The notes: a model not told the origin generated them from the letters alone. Counted from the first letter of the stretch, positions 36,474-45,098 are shown. The stretch is 64,000 bases of DNA from Spongiibacteraceae bacterium (GCA_043786385.1 JAYVWC010000082.1:8208-72207), one strand, 5' to 3'. Program-made: numbers and translations.

Positions 36474-36660
36474 AAAGCGGCCAAGGATGGCCGCTTTAGG
36501 TCTGTCGCGACACGATGTCGCGTCAGGCCGACCTGTAAAATATTCGCGAGAAGGAGGGGATTTATCGCGTAGCGATAAACTGCGGAATCGGGGTCGCCTT
36601 CTTTGGGTTACTTTTCTTGGCGAGGCAAGAAAAGTGACGCGCGCCGCAGGCGTTACCTGC
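36474..36660. repeat. Array of five consecutive stem-loops (REP-like structured intergenic element and convergent-gene terminator zone)
   Basis: The hairpins are AAAGCGGCC/GGCCGCTTT (36474-36497), GGTCTG.CGCGACA/TGTCGCG.CAGGCC (36499-36529) and TTTATCGC/GCGATAAA (36561-36579). They are followed by TTACTTTTCTTG/CAAGAAAAGTGA (36608-36637) and GCAGG/CCTGC (36646-36660). Confidence 0.6.
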
Positions 36661-36694
36661 CAGTAGGCGAAACTTGAAGGGGGATTGGAATAAG

Positions 36695-37702
36695 TTACAA
36701 GCGCGATTTATCGCGCTGCTGCCAATACTCTTCCGCTAACACCAATGCCGCTTGCGGATTGTCCGCGCGCTGCAACAACCTCAATACAATCGCCAACGTA
36801 CCGATAATTGCCAGCTCGCCGTATTCATCGCTGGTGATGCCGCGCCAAATGCCGCGTAGTAATTCGATATCGAGTTGTTCGTCTTGCTCTTGTCGGCCTT
36901 CGATCATTTTTGGCCAGGTTTCTTCGCTCATCACACCGTCGTGAACGCTGTACACTTTGCTTTGCGCTTCGGGTTTGCGTTCGATTTCGCCGCCTTCGCC
37001 TTTAAATACGCTGGCGTGCGGTTGTGCTAAATCGACGGCGGCTTGTTGATGATTTAACGCGTACGCGGGATGAAATACGCTTTGCATGCTGTGCGGTGCG
37101 CTGAGCGGATTTAATAAACGCACCAACGTGTGTACCGGCGAGCGCAGACCGAATTCGTTGCGCAAATCGATCATCGCTTGCAGCGGCGGGCAGATGTGAC
37201 GCAGTGGCATAAATGCGAATTGAGTTTTATCGAGCGCGCTCGCAACGTCTTGCCAATTTTCGCAGCTAGCGATGCCAAGCGCATTCAATGCCGATTCGGT
37301 GTACAGGCGGCCTTTGGTATGACCGCCAGCGCCGTGCATAAATACGCGCACGCCATGATCGGCAAGCGTCAGTGCGCTCAACAAAAACCACGGCAGATGT
37401 TTGCGCTTGCCGGCGTAACTCGACCAATCGAGATCGGCGGTGAGTGCGGTGGGCGCATCGATTTGCGCGCGCGCGGCTTCGACAAAACCGGTTAATTCAT
37501 CGGCGCTTTCTTCTTTCACGCGCAGCAACATCAGAAACGCGCCGAGTTGCACGTCTTTGACTTGGCCGCGCAGAATCATTTCCATTGCGATGCGCGCTTC
37601 TTCGCGCGTCAGCGAGCGCGAGCCGGTTTTGCCTTTGCCGAGAATGCGCACGTACGGCGCGAAGCGGTGTTCGTTGGGTTTGGCAATTAAATCGCTCACC
37701 AC
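36695..37702 (-). CDS. ybiB: YbiB-like TrpD2-family (glycosyl transferase family 3 fold) protein
   Basis: It has ILGKGKTGSRSLTREEARIAMEMILRGQVKDVQLGAFLMLLRVKEESADELTGFVEAAR and HGAGGHT, collinear with E. coli YbiB as recalled. Confidence 0.7.
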   Translation of the reverse strand: MVSDLIAKPNEHRFAPYVRILGKGKTGSRSLTREEARIAMEMILRGQVKDVQLGAFLMLLRVKEESADELTGFVEAARAQIDAPTALTADLDWSSYAGKRKHLPWFLLSALTLADHGVRVFMHGAGGHTKGRLYTESALNALGIASCENWQDVASALDKTQFAFMPLRHICPPLQAMIDLRNEFGLRSPVHTLVRLLNPLSAPHSMQSVFHPAYALNHQQAAVDLAQPHASVFKGEGGEIERKPEAQSKVYSVHDGVMSEETWPKMIEGRQEQDEQLDIELLRGIWRGITSDEYGELAIIGTLAIVLRLLQRADNPQAALVLAEEYWQQRDKSRL

Positions 37703-37722
37703 GTACCTCTACTAATTTGCGG

Positions 37723-38064
37723 CTATAAACAGTTTTCCGGGCGCGGCAGGCCGGCGATTTTGCTGGCGATTTTGGCCGGGCTGCCGGGAAACAATTGCAG
37801 CAGATAAATGCTGTTACCTTTGTCTTTGCCGAGTTGCTGGCTTACGTATTTCACCAGCGGGCGCATCGCCGGTGCTTGTTCGTACTGACGATAAAATTCG
37901 CGCAGCAGTTCGATAATTTCCCAGTGCGCGGCGCTTAACTCGATGCGTTCCGCTTTCGAAAAAGCGTTGGCGATGGCGCGATTCCACGCATTGAAATCGG
38001 CCAAAAAACCATCGGCATCGGTGGCGCCATTAACTAGATTAATGGGCGTGTTTTCGCTCGACAT
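37723..38064 (-). CDS. tusE: TusE/DsrC-family sulfurtransferase
   Basis: 113 aa with HWEIIELLREFY and the C-terminal arm GLPRPENCL, which has a single penultimate-region Cys (TusE-like, not the two-Cys DsrC type). Confidence 0.85.
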   Translation of the reverse strand: MSSENTPINLVNGATDADGFLADFNAWNRAIANAFSKAERIELSAAHWEIIELLREFYRQYEQAPAMRPLVKYVSQQLGKDKGNSIYLLQLFPGSPAKIASKIAGLPRPENCL

Positions 38065-38067
38065 CGC

Positions 38068-38361
38068 TCAATACCAACTGTGAATGCTGGCGTGCTCGCA
38101 ACACAGTTGCACAAAGCCAGCGTAATCGATGACGTTAAAATTGGCGTCTAACTTTTCAGTTAAACCGCGCGCGGCGGCATCGGCATCGAGCACGTAAGCG
38201 CGTTGCGTTTTCTGCTGAATTTGTTGCGCCGCTTCGCTGCCAGCGATCGCGGCGTACACGCCATCTTCGATCAACAGTACGATTGCTTGCGCATCGCACA
38301 CGCGCAGACAATCGGCGAGACAGCTGCGGCTAAACGGTGCTTGATTGACGATATGCAGCAT
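38068..38361 (-). CDS. tusB: Sulfurtransferase complex subunit TusB (DsrH family)
   Basis: 97 aa (MLHIVNQAPF...) in third position of the tusD-tusC-tusB order, with 3-nt gaps. Confidence 0.8.
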   Translation of the reverse strand: MLHIVNQAPFSRSCLADCLRVCDAQAIVLLIEDGVYAAIAGSEAAQQIQQKTQRAYVLDADAAARGLTEKLDANFNVIDYAGFVQLCCEHASIHSWY

Positions 38362-38363
38362 CG

Positions 38364-38726
38364 TTAAAACTCCAGCACGACATCGTGCTTCGCGAGCAGT
38401 GCGCTGATTTCCGGCACGCTGAGCGATTGCACCGGCAAGATCAAATCGGCTGCGTTTAGTTGGCGCGCTTGCAATGCTTCGGCATCGACGTACAGCGTCT
38501 CGATATCGTACAGCGGCAGCGCACTTAATTGCTTGTCGTGCGTTTTCTGGCCGATGCGCTCGCCGTGCTGCGCCGCGAGCAATTGCGCGACGCCATCGCC
38601 GAGAAACAACATCGCCACCGATTGATCGAACGCCGCTGCGGCCAGTGCGGCATCAAGCGCTTCGCGCGCATACGAGCTGCCGTACGGCGCGCGTCGGCAA
38701 ACGATTAGAAAGCTTTTTTTGATCAC
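38364..38726 (-). CDS. tusC: Sulfurtransferase complex subunit TusC (DsrF family)
   Basis: 120 aa of DsrE/F fold (FLIVCRRAPYGSSYAREALDAALA) in the middle of the operon. Confidence 0.8.
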   Translation of the reverse strand: MIKKSFLIVCRRAPYGSSYAREALDAALAAAAFDQSVAMLFLGDGVAQLLAAQHGERIGQKTHDKQLSALPLYDIETLYVDAEALQARQLNAADLILPVQSLSVPEISALLAKHDVVLEF

Positions 38727-38756
38727 GATCGCAACGCTCTCATCTGCGATTTCATT

Positions 38757-39152
38757 TCACGCACCAAATGTCACAACGCGATCGGCCAATAGACAGGCTT
38801 CGACCCATTGCCCCAAGCCCGATAACGCGAAGCCGGGTTGCAGATTACCAGCGCATTTACCGTGACGCTGGGCTGCATCGGCATCGAGCATGCCGCGTTT
38901 GATCGCGCTGGCGACGCAGACCACTAAATCGATTTGATGCGTCGCAGCGAGTTCGCTCCATTGCTCGGCGAGCGCGGGTTCGCCGGTCGGCGGAATCGCG
39001 AATTGATTCGCGCAGTACACGCCATCGTGATAAAAAAATACGCGCAGCACGCGATGACCGGCCTGCACTGCCGCGCGCGCGAACGCCAACGCGCTGTGCG
39101 GCGCTTGCGTTGACAGCGGTGCACCGAGCACCATCAAGGCAAATATCGTCAT
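38757..39152 (-). CDS. tusD: Sulfurtransferase complex subunit TusD (DsrE family)
   Basis: 131 aa with FFYHDGV and the conserved active-site Cys context LVVCVASAIKRG. Confidence 0.85.
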   Translation of the reverse strand: MTIFALMVLGAPLSTQAPHSALAFARAAVQAGHRVLRVFFYHDGVYCANQFAIPPTGEPALAEQWSELAATHQIDLVVCVASAIKRGMLDADAAQRHGKCAGNLQPGFALSGLGQWVEACLLADRVVTFGA

Positions 39153-39213
39153 CGTTAAATCATTCGCTAGCTACTAGGATCGCGTCGTGCGTTGATAAAA
39201 CGGCGCCGCCAAT

Positions 39214-39240
39214 AAAAAAGCCCCGGCGCGAGCCGAGGCT
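39214..39240 (-). terminator. Rho-independent terminator after yccA
   Basis: On the minus strand: AGCCTCGGC-tcgc-GCCGGGGCT followed by TTTTTT. Confidence 0.75.
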
Positions 39241-39258
39241 TATCGAATAATAATCGTG

Positions 39259-39927
39259 TTACCGATTATTGCCGTTCAGCGACATCAGAATGCTGAGCAG
39301 GCTCATAAACAAATTGTAGATCGATACATACAGCGCCACCGCGGCGCGAATGTAATTGGTTTCGCCGCCGTGAATGATCGCGCTGGTTTCGAACAGAATC
39401 ATCGCGCTGGCAAACAACATAAAGCCGGCGTTAATCGCTAATTGCAGCGCTGGCATGTGCAGGAAAATACCGGCGATCATCGCGATCACCAATACGATGC
39501 TGCCGGCGAACAAGAAGCCTTGCAGAAACGAGAAGTCTTTGCGCGATACCAACGCATAGCCCGACAGCGCGAAGAAAATCACTGCGGTGCCGCCCAACGC
39601 CTGCATCACCATACTTGCACCGAGCGGCGTGTGCATGATCGCGCTCAGCATTGGGCCGAGCATCGCGCCCATAAAGCCGGTGAACGCAAATACTGCGGCG
39701 AGGCCCCATACGCTATTGGCGAGCATTTGCGTGAGGAACAATAAGCCGTAGGTGCCGCCGATCATGATCCAGATATTCGGCATGCCGTTATCGCGCGCCA
39801 GGTACGAAGCAAACGCGCTCCATGCCAGTGTCATGCCCAATAACAGATAGGTATTTTTGACGACTTTGTTGACCGCGAGCGCGCGGTCCGCCGCATAACT
39901 AGTCGATAAAATACTTTGCTCTTGCAT
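39259..39927 (-). CDS. yccA: BAX inhibitor-1/YccA family membrane protein (FtsH modulator)
   Basis: It is highly collinear with E. coli YccA as recalled (VKNTYLLLGMTLAWSA...LFETSAIIHGGETNYIRAAVALYVSIYNLFMSLLSIL). The start at 39927 follows a GGAG Shine-Dalgarno. Confidence 0.9.
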   Translation of the reverse strand: MQEQSILSTSYAADRALAVNKVVKNTYLLLGMTLAWSAFASYLARDNGMPNIWIMIGGTYGLLFLTQMLANSVWGLAAVFAFTGFMGAMLGPMLSAIMHTPLGASMVMQALGGTAVIFFALSGYALVSRKDFSFLQGFLFAGSIVLVIAMIAGIFLHMPALQLAINAGFMLFASAMILFETSAIIHGGETNYIRAAVALYVSIYNLFMSLLSILMSLNGNNR

Positions 39928-40204
39928 CGCGTCTTTCTCCAAGGGTTAAGACTGATTCGCTGATCGATCCGGCTGTTGAGTCGGGTTCGACCATCATACC
40001 GGGGTGGTTCGCAAAATCAAGAATACCACCCTTTGACAGCGTTCGACGTGAAAGTTGCGTGCTGCTTATGAGGCCGCACTCATGCTGGCGTTGGCCATAC
40101 ATCTTGAGCTGCTGCAAAAATGACCAAGGTTGTGTTCTTTAGTAGGCCTTTTAAAAATGCGGGTAGACAAATCGGGCGCCAGGCCCGAAAATGCTCCGCG
40201 GTTT

Positions 40205-40294
40205 GGAAGCGTGGCAGAGCGGTTGAATGCAACAGTCTTGAAAACTGTCGAGGCTTCACGGCCTCCGTGAGTTCGAATCTCACCGCTTCCGCCA
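40205..40294 (+). tRNA. serT: tRNA-Ser (anticodon UGA), CCA encoded
   Basis: Acceptor stem GGAAGCG/CGCTTCC. Anticodon stem ACAGT/ACTGT with loop CUUGAAA. Long variable arm. T-arm GTGAG-TTCGAAT-CTCAC. Terminal GCCA. Confidence 0.95.
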
Positions 40295-40363
40295 TTTTAA
40301 ACAAGTAATTCAGCGAAACTTCGCAGCGTCCGAACGGTGCAAGTACTTGCTAGGCAGTAGCCA

Positions 40364-40389
40364 AAAGCCCCTTGAGCTGGGGCTTTTTT
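40364..40389 (+). terminator. Rho-independent terminator after the tRNA
   Basis: AAGCCCC-ttgagct-GGGGCTT followed by TTTTTT. Confidence 0.7.
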
Positions 40390-40544
40390 ATTTCTGCGAA
40401 AAAATCGCTGTAAGTAAATCGTAAGTAGTCCAGCTACACCGAGCACCTTCGCTTAGTGCAGATAAATTTTAGAGGCACCTCAGGAATTAGCGCATCAATG
40501 CTTCTGACCCTACCCTGATTTATTGCCCGGATGGGCAAATTCCT

Positions 40545-40868
40545 TTATCCAAGCTTTGCGCTTATGTAACGATTCAAACTTACGCCGGCTTCTGCCGCTT
40601 TAATCGCCAACATGCGATGCTGTTGCGGTGGAATGCGTACTTGAAATTTGCCGCTAAAGCTTTTATCAGCTATCGGTTCGGGAATAGGCTCCTTGTTGGC
40701 GATCATGCCGGCGACGACATCGCGCACCAGCTCGACGATGCCATCGATCGCCAAGCCGCATGACTCTGCCAAATGCGACAGGCTGGGAAACTCTGCGCAC
40801 AGACCGACGAACTCGCCGTCTTCTTCGGACCATGTAACGCGGTAGGTGTAGTGTTCGTGATTAACCAT
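40545..40868 (-). CDS. hicB: Type II antitoxin, HicB family
   Basis: It has YTYRVTWSEEDGEFVGLCAEFPSLSHLAES (HicB N-domain) and a C-terminal RHH-like QQHRMLAIKAAEAGVSLNRYISAKL. It overlaps the hicA stop by 8 nt. Confidence 0.85.
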   Translation of the reverse strand: MVNHEHYTYRVTWSEEDGEFVGLCAEFPSLSHLAESCGLAIDGIVELVRDVVAGMIANKEPIPEPIADKSFSGKFQVRIPPQQHRMLAIKAAEAGVSLNRYISAKLG

Positions 40869-41118
40869 TATTCAGGCTCTCCAGTTTTTCGATCGCCGCC
40901 AATACCTGTCGCACCTGATAGGACTTCGCTTTGCCATCTTTACCGCGCTGAATGTTGACGCGCGGATCGCCCGGCCAAGGGGTGCGGTAGACTTGGTGGC
41001 TGCTGCCGGACTGGCGCGACTCGCCAAAGTAGTGATCGCAGACCTTTTGCAGATCGGTGAGCGCGACGTTTTGCGGGTTTTGCCGCAGGGCGGCCAGCAG
41101 TTTCTGTATTTGAGGCAT
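40861..41118 (-). CDS. hicA: Type II toxin, HicA-family mRNA interferase
   Basis: It has LRQNPQNVALTDLQKV...RQSGSSHQVYR...VNIQRGKDGKAKSYQVRQVL. ATG at 41118. A TTGATT-N17-CATAAT promoter-like pair lies just upstream, which would leave an almost leaderless transcript. Confidence 0.8.
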   Translation of the reverse strand: MPQIQKLLAALRQNPQNVALTDLQKVCDHYFGESRQSGSSHQVYRTPWPGDPRVNIQRGKDGKAKSYQVRQVLAAIEKLESLNNG

Positions 41119-41435
41119 GGCTATTATGGTATCACTATTAGTATCAATCAAGGGTTGGTGAGGGAGTCGACATCACATTCGTGTTATCCGTAGCGATCGT
41201 GTCGCAATAGCGCGCCCGATAACTTCGCTAGGGTAGCCCACCATCACTATCCGGTATTATGCATCGCACGAGGCATGCGCTACATGCATTTCGATTGCAC
41301 TTTTGATAGCAAAAATAATTCCGGCTGCGACGATCGCGCACTAGCGCTGACGATCGACAATTCGCCGACGAAAATAAATCGTGAGTTGCCAATGTCATCC
41401 CAACCGATAACAACACCCTCTGAGCCGACAGATAA

Positions 41436-42285
41436 AAAAATAAAGCTGCATCCCGATGTGATGCGTGGTTGTCTTCGGTGGCGCATGAACGCGTACGCGG
41501 TTATTCGTTCGGCGTGCATAAAGCGCTCGATAAATCCGGCGCGGTGCTCGGCCCGTTAGCGGCGTATGGCGTGCTGAGCTGGCTCGGCGATGGTGCTTCG
41601 ACGTTTCGTTTATTGTTCTGGATTGCGCTAATTCCTGCGCTGCGCTGCGCTGCTCTGCATTGCGATTTTATTGCGGGTGCCAGAGCGGCCTGCGGTACAG
41701 CGGCCACGCGAAAATATATTCGCGGCCTGGGCGCTGTTAAGTCCGGCGTTCAAACGCTATCTGGTGCCGGCGGGAATTTTTTCGCTGGCGTATTTCAGTT
41801 TTAGTTTTTTATTGTTGCGCGCGCACAGCGTTGGCTTCAGCGTTAAAAAAATCGTGTTGCTGTATGCGTTGTTCAATATTGCGATCGTTGCCGTCGCACC
41901 GACGATCGGTAAGCTCGGCGATAATATCGGCAGGGCGCGCATAATTATGTTGAGCTACGCGATTTATTTGGCGGTGAGCGTTGGCTTTGCATTGGCGACT
42001 GCGCGTTGGCAGATCATCGTGCTGTTCGTTATTTATGGCGTGTTTTACGCAATCGATGAAGCGCAAAGCAAGGCGTTTATCGCCGATATCGAGTTGGAGA
42101 GACGTGCATCGGCGATTGGGCTCTACAATTTCGTGACGGGGTTGATGTACTTACCGGCATCGTTACTCGCGGGCGCTTTGTGGTTACTGCATCCAGCCAG
42201 CGCTTTTTGGATGGCAGCGGGCCTCGCCTGCGCGGCGTTGTTGGTTTTTGCGTGGTTGCGACCCGATAGGTTACTTAACTTTTAA
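41436..42285 (+). pseudogene. MFS transporter remnant: 5'-truncated and internally frameshifted
   Basis: The reading frame opens only at 41436, within a mid-protein MFS motif (HERVRGYSFGVHKALDKSGAVLGPLAAYG). About 130 N-terminal codons are absent. The frame switches near 41640-41670 inside a GCGCTGCGCTGCGCTGCTCTGC run. The second frame (41671-42285) carries the C-terminal six-TM half. Confidence 0.65.
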
Positions 42286-42295
42286 GATGGGCGTT

Positions 42296-42832
42296 TTAAC
42301 CCTTACGCCTAAACCACGGTAGCGGTTGATCGACGCCGGCGGAGTACGAATCGGTGAAATCGTAAAGGCTGGCGATGGCCGTTTCCGGGTCGCTGGTTTC
42401 CAGTGCGAATGCGTCGAAGCCGCAGCGGCTCAGATAATACAATTGATCGCGAATAAATTGTCCGATCGCGCGCACTTCGCCGTGGTAGGCGTAGTGTTCG
42501 CGCAGCATGCGGCCGGTAGAAAAGCCGCGGCCATCCATGAACACCGGAAAGTCGATCGCGATCACGGCAAGCTGAGCCAAATCGTTAGCCAAATCCGCCA
42601 ACGGTTGCTCGCCACTTAACCATACGCCGATTTCGCCGCGCGCGAGCAATGCCTCGCGCTGTTCGAGCCAATACGCCAGAGGCACAATCAACGCGCCAGC
42701 GGGCAGGCCATCAACGGGGATTTCGCGCAATAGTTGCCAGCGGTCGTCGATTACCGCGCCATTTTTAATTAGTCGCGTCGCATTCACCGTACTGCCGGTC
42801 ACCGCAGCGCTGGTCTCAGTGGGCTTTGTCAT
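42296..42832 (-). CDS. DUF934-family protein (sulfite-reductase-associated)
   Basis: It has IDFPVFMDGRGFSTGRMLREHYAYHGEVRAIGQFIRDQLYYLSRCGFDAFAL. It overlaps the upstream cysI-like gene by 17 nt. Confidence 0.75.
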   Translation of the reverse strand: MTKPTETSAAVTGSTVNATRLIKNGAVIDDRWQLLREIPVDGLPAGALIVPLAYWLEQREALLARGEIGVWLSGEQPLADLANDLAQLAVIAIDFPVFMDGRGFSTGRMLREHYAYHGEVRAIGQFIRDQLYYLSRCGFDAFALETSDPETAIASLYDFTDSYSAGVDQPLPWFRRKG

Positions 42833-44480
42833 AGACGCGCTCCTTAAACAATTCGATGCCTACGCGGCGAAAAGTGGCGAGGAAAGGTTCGCCTTCGTGT
42901 CGTAGCTCGACATAGATATCTAGAATTTTTTCGATCACATCGGGTACATCGGCTTGCGAAAAGGAAGGGCCGAGAATTGCGCCGATGCTGGCGTCTTTGC
43001 CTTGATTGCCGCCGAGCGAAATTTGATAAAACTCGGCGCCTTTTTTATCGACGCCGAGAATGCCGATATGACCAACATGGTGGTGGCCACACGCGTTCAT
43101 GCAACCGGAAATATTTAAATCGAGTTCGCCGAGATCGTAGACGTAGTCGAGATCGTCGAATCGCCGTTGAATCGCCTCTGCAACTGGAATCGATTTGGCG
43201 TTGGCTAACGAGCAATAATCGCCGCCGGGGCAGCAAATAATATCGGTGAGATGGCCGATATTCGGCGTGGCGACACCGATGGCGGTCGCTGCTTCCCACA
43301 CCGCGAATAAATCGCTTTGGCGAATATCCGGCAAAATTAAATTTTGATAATGGCTGGCGCGTATTTCACCGAAGCCGTAGCGATCGGCTAACTCGGCGAT
43401 CGCTTCCATCTGCTCGGCGGTCGCATCGCCGGGCGCGTAGCCGGTGGTTTTTAACGACAGCGTGACGATGCGGTAGCCGGGTTGCTTATGGCGCGCGGTA
43501 TTGTGCTTGAGCCAGCGCGCGAACGCGGGTTGTTGCGCACTGCGTTGCTGTAGTGCAGCTTCTTCTGCGGCGGCATCGAGCAGTTGATAAGCGGGCGCTT
43601 GAAAAAACGATTGCGCGTGCGCGATCGCTTCCGGTGTCAGCGTATTCGGACCATCTTTTAAATAAACCCATTCGGCTTCGACGCGCTCGCGGAATGCAGC
43701 GGGGCCCATCGCGCGCACTAAAATTTTTACCCGCGCTTTGTATTTGTTGTCGCGACGCCCGAGTTGATTGTAAACGCGCAGAATCGCTTCGAGATACGTC
43801 AACAAATGTTGCTTGGGCAGAAACTCATTGATCACTTCGCCGATCACCGGCGTGCGACCCAAGCCACCGCCAACCAAAATTTTAAAGCCGTGTTCGCCGG
43901 TGCTATTGCGCACGATTTCGATACCGATATCGTGCACGTGCATCGCGGCGCGATCGCTTGCCGAGCCGCACACGGCAATTTTGAATTTACGCGGCAGGAA
44001 TGCAAACTCTGGATGAAACGTCGACCACTGGCGAATGATTTCGCAGTACGGACGCGCATCTTCGATTTCATCGAAGGCCACGCCGGAGAAATGATCGGCG
44101 GTGGTGTTGCGAATGCAATTGCCACTGGTTTGAATCGCGTGCATTTCGACGCTGGCGAGTTGTTCGAGGATCTCCGGTGTATCCTCCAGCTCGGGCCAGT
44201 TCAGTTGGAGATTTTGGCGGGTGCTGAAGTGCCCGAAGCCTTTGTCGTAACGGCGACTGATGTCGGCGAGCTTGCGCAGTTGACGCGCGCTCAGCGTGCC
44301 GTAGGGAATTGCGATGCGCAGCATGTACGCCAAACGCTGCATATACAGGCCGTTTTGCAAGCGTAGCGGCAAAAATTGTTGCGCGGTTAATTCGCCGGCG
44401 GCGAAACGCTCGGCCTGGCCGCGAAATTGACGTGCGCGCTGATCGACGAGCAGTTGATCCTGGGGGTTGTATTGATACAT
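42816..44480 (-). CDS. cysI: Nitrite/sulfite reductase hemoprotein (CysI-like, sirohaem-[4Fe-4S])
   Basis: It has a two-fold NIR_SIR repeat and Cys clusters TSGNCIRN and CPGGDYCSLA...GCMNACGHHH. The start was trimmed to the Met at 44480 (MYQYNPQ). Confidence 0.85.
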   Translation of the reverse strand: MYQYNPQDQLLVDQRARQFRGQAERFAAGELTAQQFLPLRLQNGLYMQRLAYMLRIAIPYGTLSARQLRKLADISRRYDKGFGHFSTRQNLQLNWPELEDTPEILEQLASVEMHAIQTSGNCIRNTTADHFSGVAFDEIEDARPYCEIIRQWSTFHPEFAFLPRKFKIAVCGSASDRAAMHVHDIGIEIVRNSTGEHGFKILVGGGLGRTPVIGEVINEFLPKQHLLTYLEAILRVYNQLGRRDNKYKARVKILVRAMGPAAFRERVEAEWVYLKDGPNTLTPEAIAHAQSFFQAPAYQLLDAAAEEAALQQRSAQQPAFARWLKHNTARHKQPGYRIVTLSLKTTGYAPGDATAEQMEAIAELADRYGFGEIRASHYQNLILPDIRQSDLFAVWEAATAIGVATPNIGHLTDIICCPGGDYCSLANAKSIPVAEAIQRRFDDLDYVYDLGELDLNISGCMNACGHHHVGHIGILGVDKKGAEFYQISLGGNQGKDASIGAILGPSFSQADVPDVIEKILDIYVELRHEGEPFLATFRRVGIELFKERVYDKAH

Positions 44481-44781
44481 CGGCAGTAAACCTTTTCGCC
44501 TTAAAATAATACGCTCGCAAGTCAAAAATAGATGTCGGCTTGCGAGCGAGGTAAATAAAAACAGGCGTGTACCTTAGCAGATTTGGCGAGTCAGCAAAAC
44601 CAGCGCTTGTTTATAACGTAAGGGTAGAAAACTATAATAAATACAGTCGCGCGCCTATCCGTATTCAGAGCTATGTGTCAGTGGCTTTTCCGAACAGCAC
44701 GCGATCGTTCAGAGGGTGGATCGGTAACTGTAGGGTTATCGATCTACGATACCCGTTGAGATAAATGGCGGAGCTGGGTTG

Positions 44782-44895
44782 TTAGGCAATAGTTTTGTCC
44801 TTAGACAATAGTTTTGTTCTTAGGCAATAGTTTTGTTGTTAGATAATGGTTTTGTTGTTACGCAATAGCTTTGTTGTTATGCAGTTATTGCTATA
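44782..44895. repeat. Six contiguous 19-bp tandem repeats (consensus TTAGGCAATAGTTTTGTTG)
   Basis: The units are TTAGGCAATAGTTTTGTCC, TTAGACAATAGTTTTGTTC and TTAGGCAATAGTTTTGTTG, then TTAGATAATGGTTTTGTTG, TTACGCAATAGCTTTGTTG and TTATGCAGTTATTGCTATA. The last unit runs into a TATAAT box (44892-44897). Confidence 0.9.
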
Positions 44896-44941
44896 ATATC
44901 GCGCCAATACCCCATTAACTCCCGCTTGCTTAGGTGATTTC

Positions 44942-45082
44942 ATGTCTCAACACGACCATGCTCCGGCCTCATCGACTACGAATACGCCTGATAACGGCGA
45001 TGCTAAAGCCGATGTCATTGCAACTATCGCACTGATCGCGCTGGTGGTTAGCACAGTGGTGTTTTGGCTGAAAAGTATGTGA
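44942..45082 (+). CDS. Small (46-aa) single-TM protein, absent from the ORF track
   Basis: AGGTGA Shine-Dalgarno 5 nt upstream. The protein is MSQHDHAPASSTTNTPDNGDAKADVIATIALIALVVSTVVFWLKSM. A TATAAT box lies ~45 nt upstream. A GCGGGCC/GGCCCGC hairpin lies just downstream. Confidence 0.4.
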   Translation: MSQHDHAPASSTTNTPDNGDAKADVIATIALIALVVSTVVFWLKSM

Positions 45083-45098
45083 TTTACCCGCGGGCCTT

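Noticed and set aside
36466-36666. 66-aa ORF in the convergent intergenic region
   Set aside because: It is made up almost entirely of the five hairpin repeats, is Arg/Gly-rich, and has no Shine-Dalgarno. I interpret it as a structured non-coding element.
37723-39152. Interpretation of the four small genes as dsrEFH-dsrC of a sulfur-oxidiser
   Set aside because: No dsrAB or other dsr genes are adjacent. The DsrC-family member has only the single C-terminal-arm Cys typical of TusE. The neighbours (yccA, tRNA-Ser) match the E. coli tusE locus. A dual role cannot be excluded from sequence alone.
40295-41300. Intact genomic island or prophage at tRNA-Ser
   Set aside because: No integrase, no phage genes and no direct repeat of the tRNA 3' end are visible. 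Only hicAB and a gene remnant are present.
43764-44366. 200-aa plus-strand ORF inside cysI
   Set aside because: It is an antisense shadow of the sulfite-reductase frame, which carries the sirohaem/Fe-S Cys clusters.
44782-44895. 19-bp repeat array considered as a CRISPR
   Set aside because: The repeats are contiguous with no spacers, the unit is shorter than CRISPR repeats, no cas genes are nearby, and the units decay progressively.
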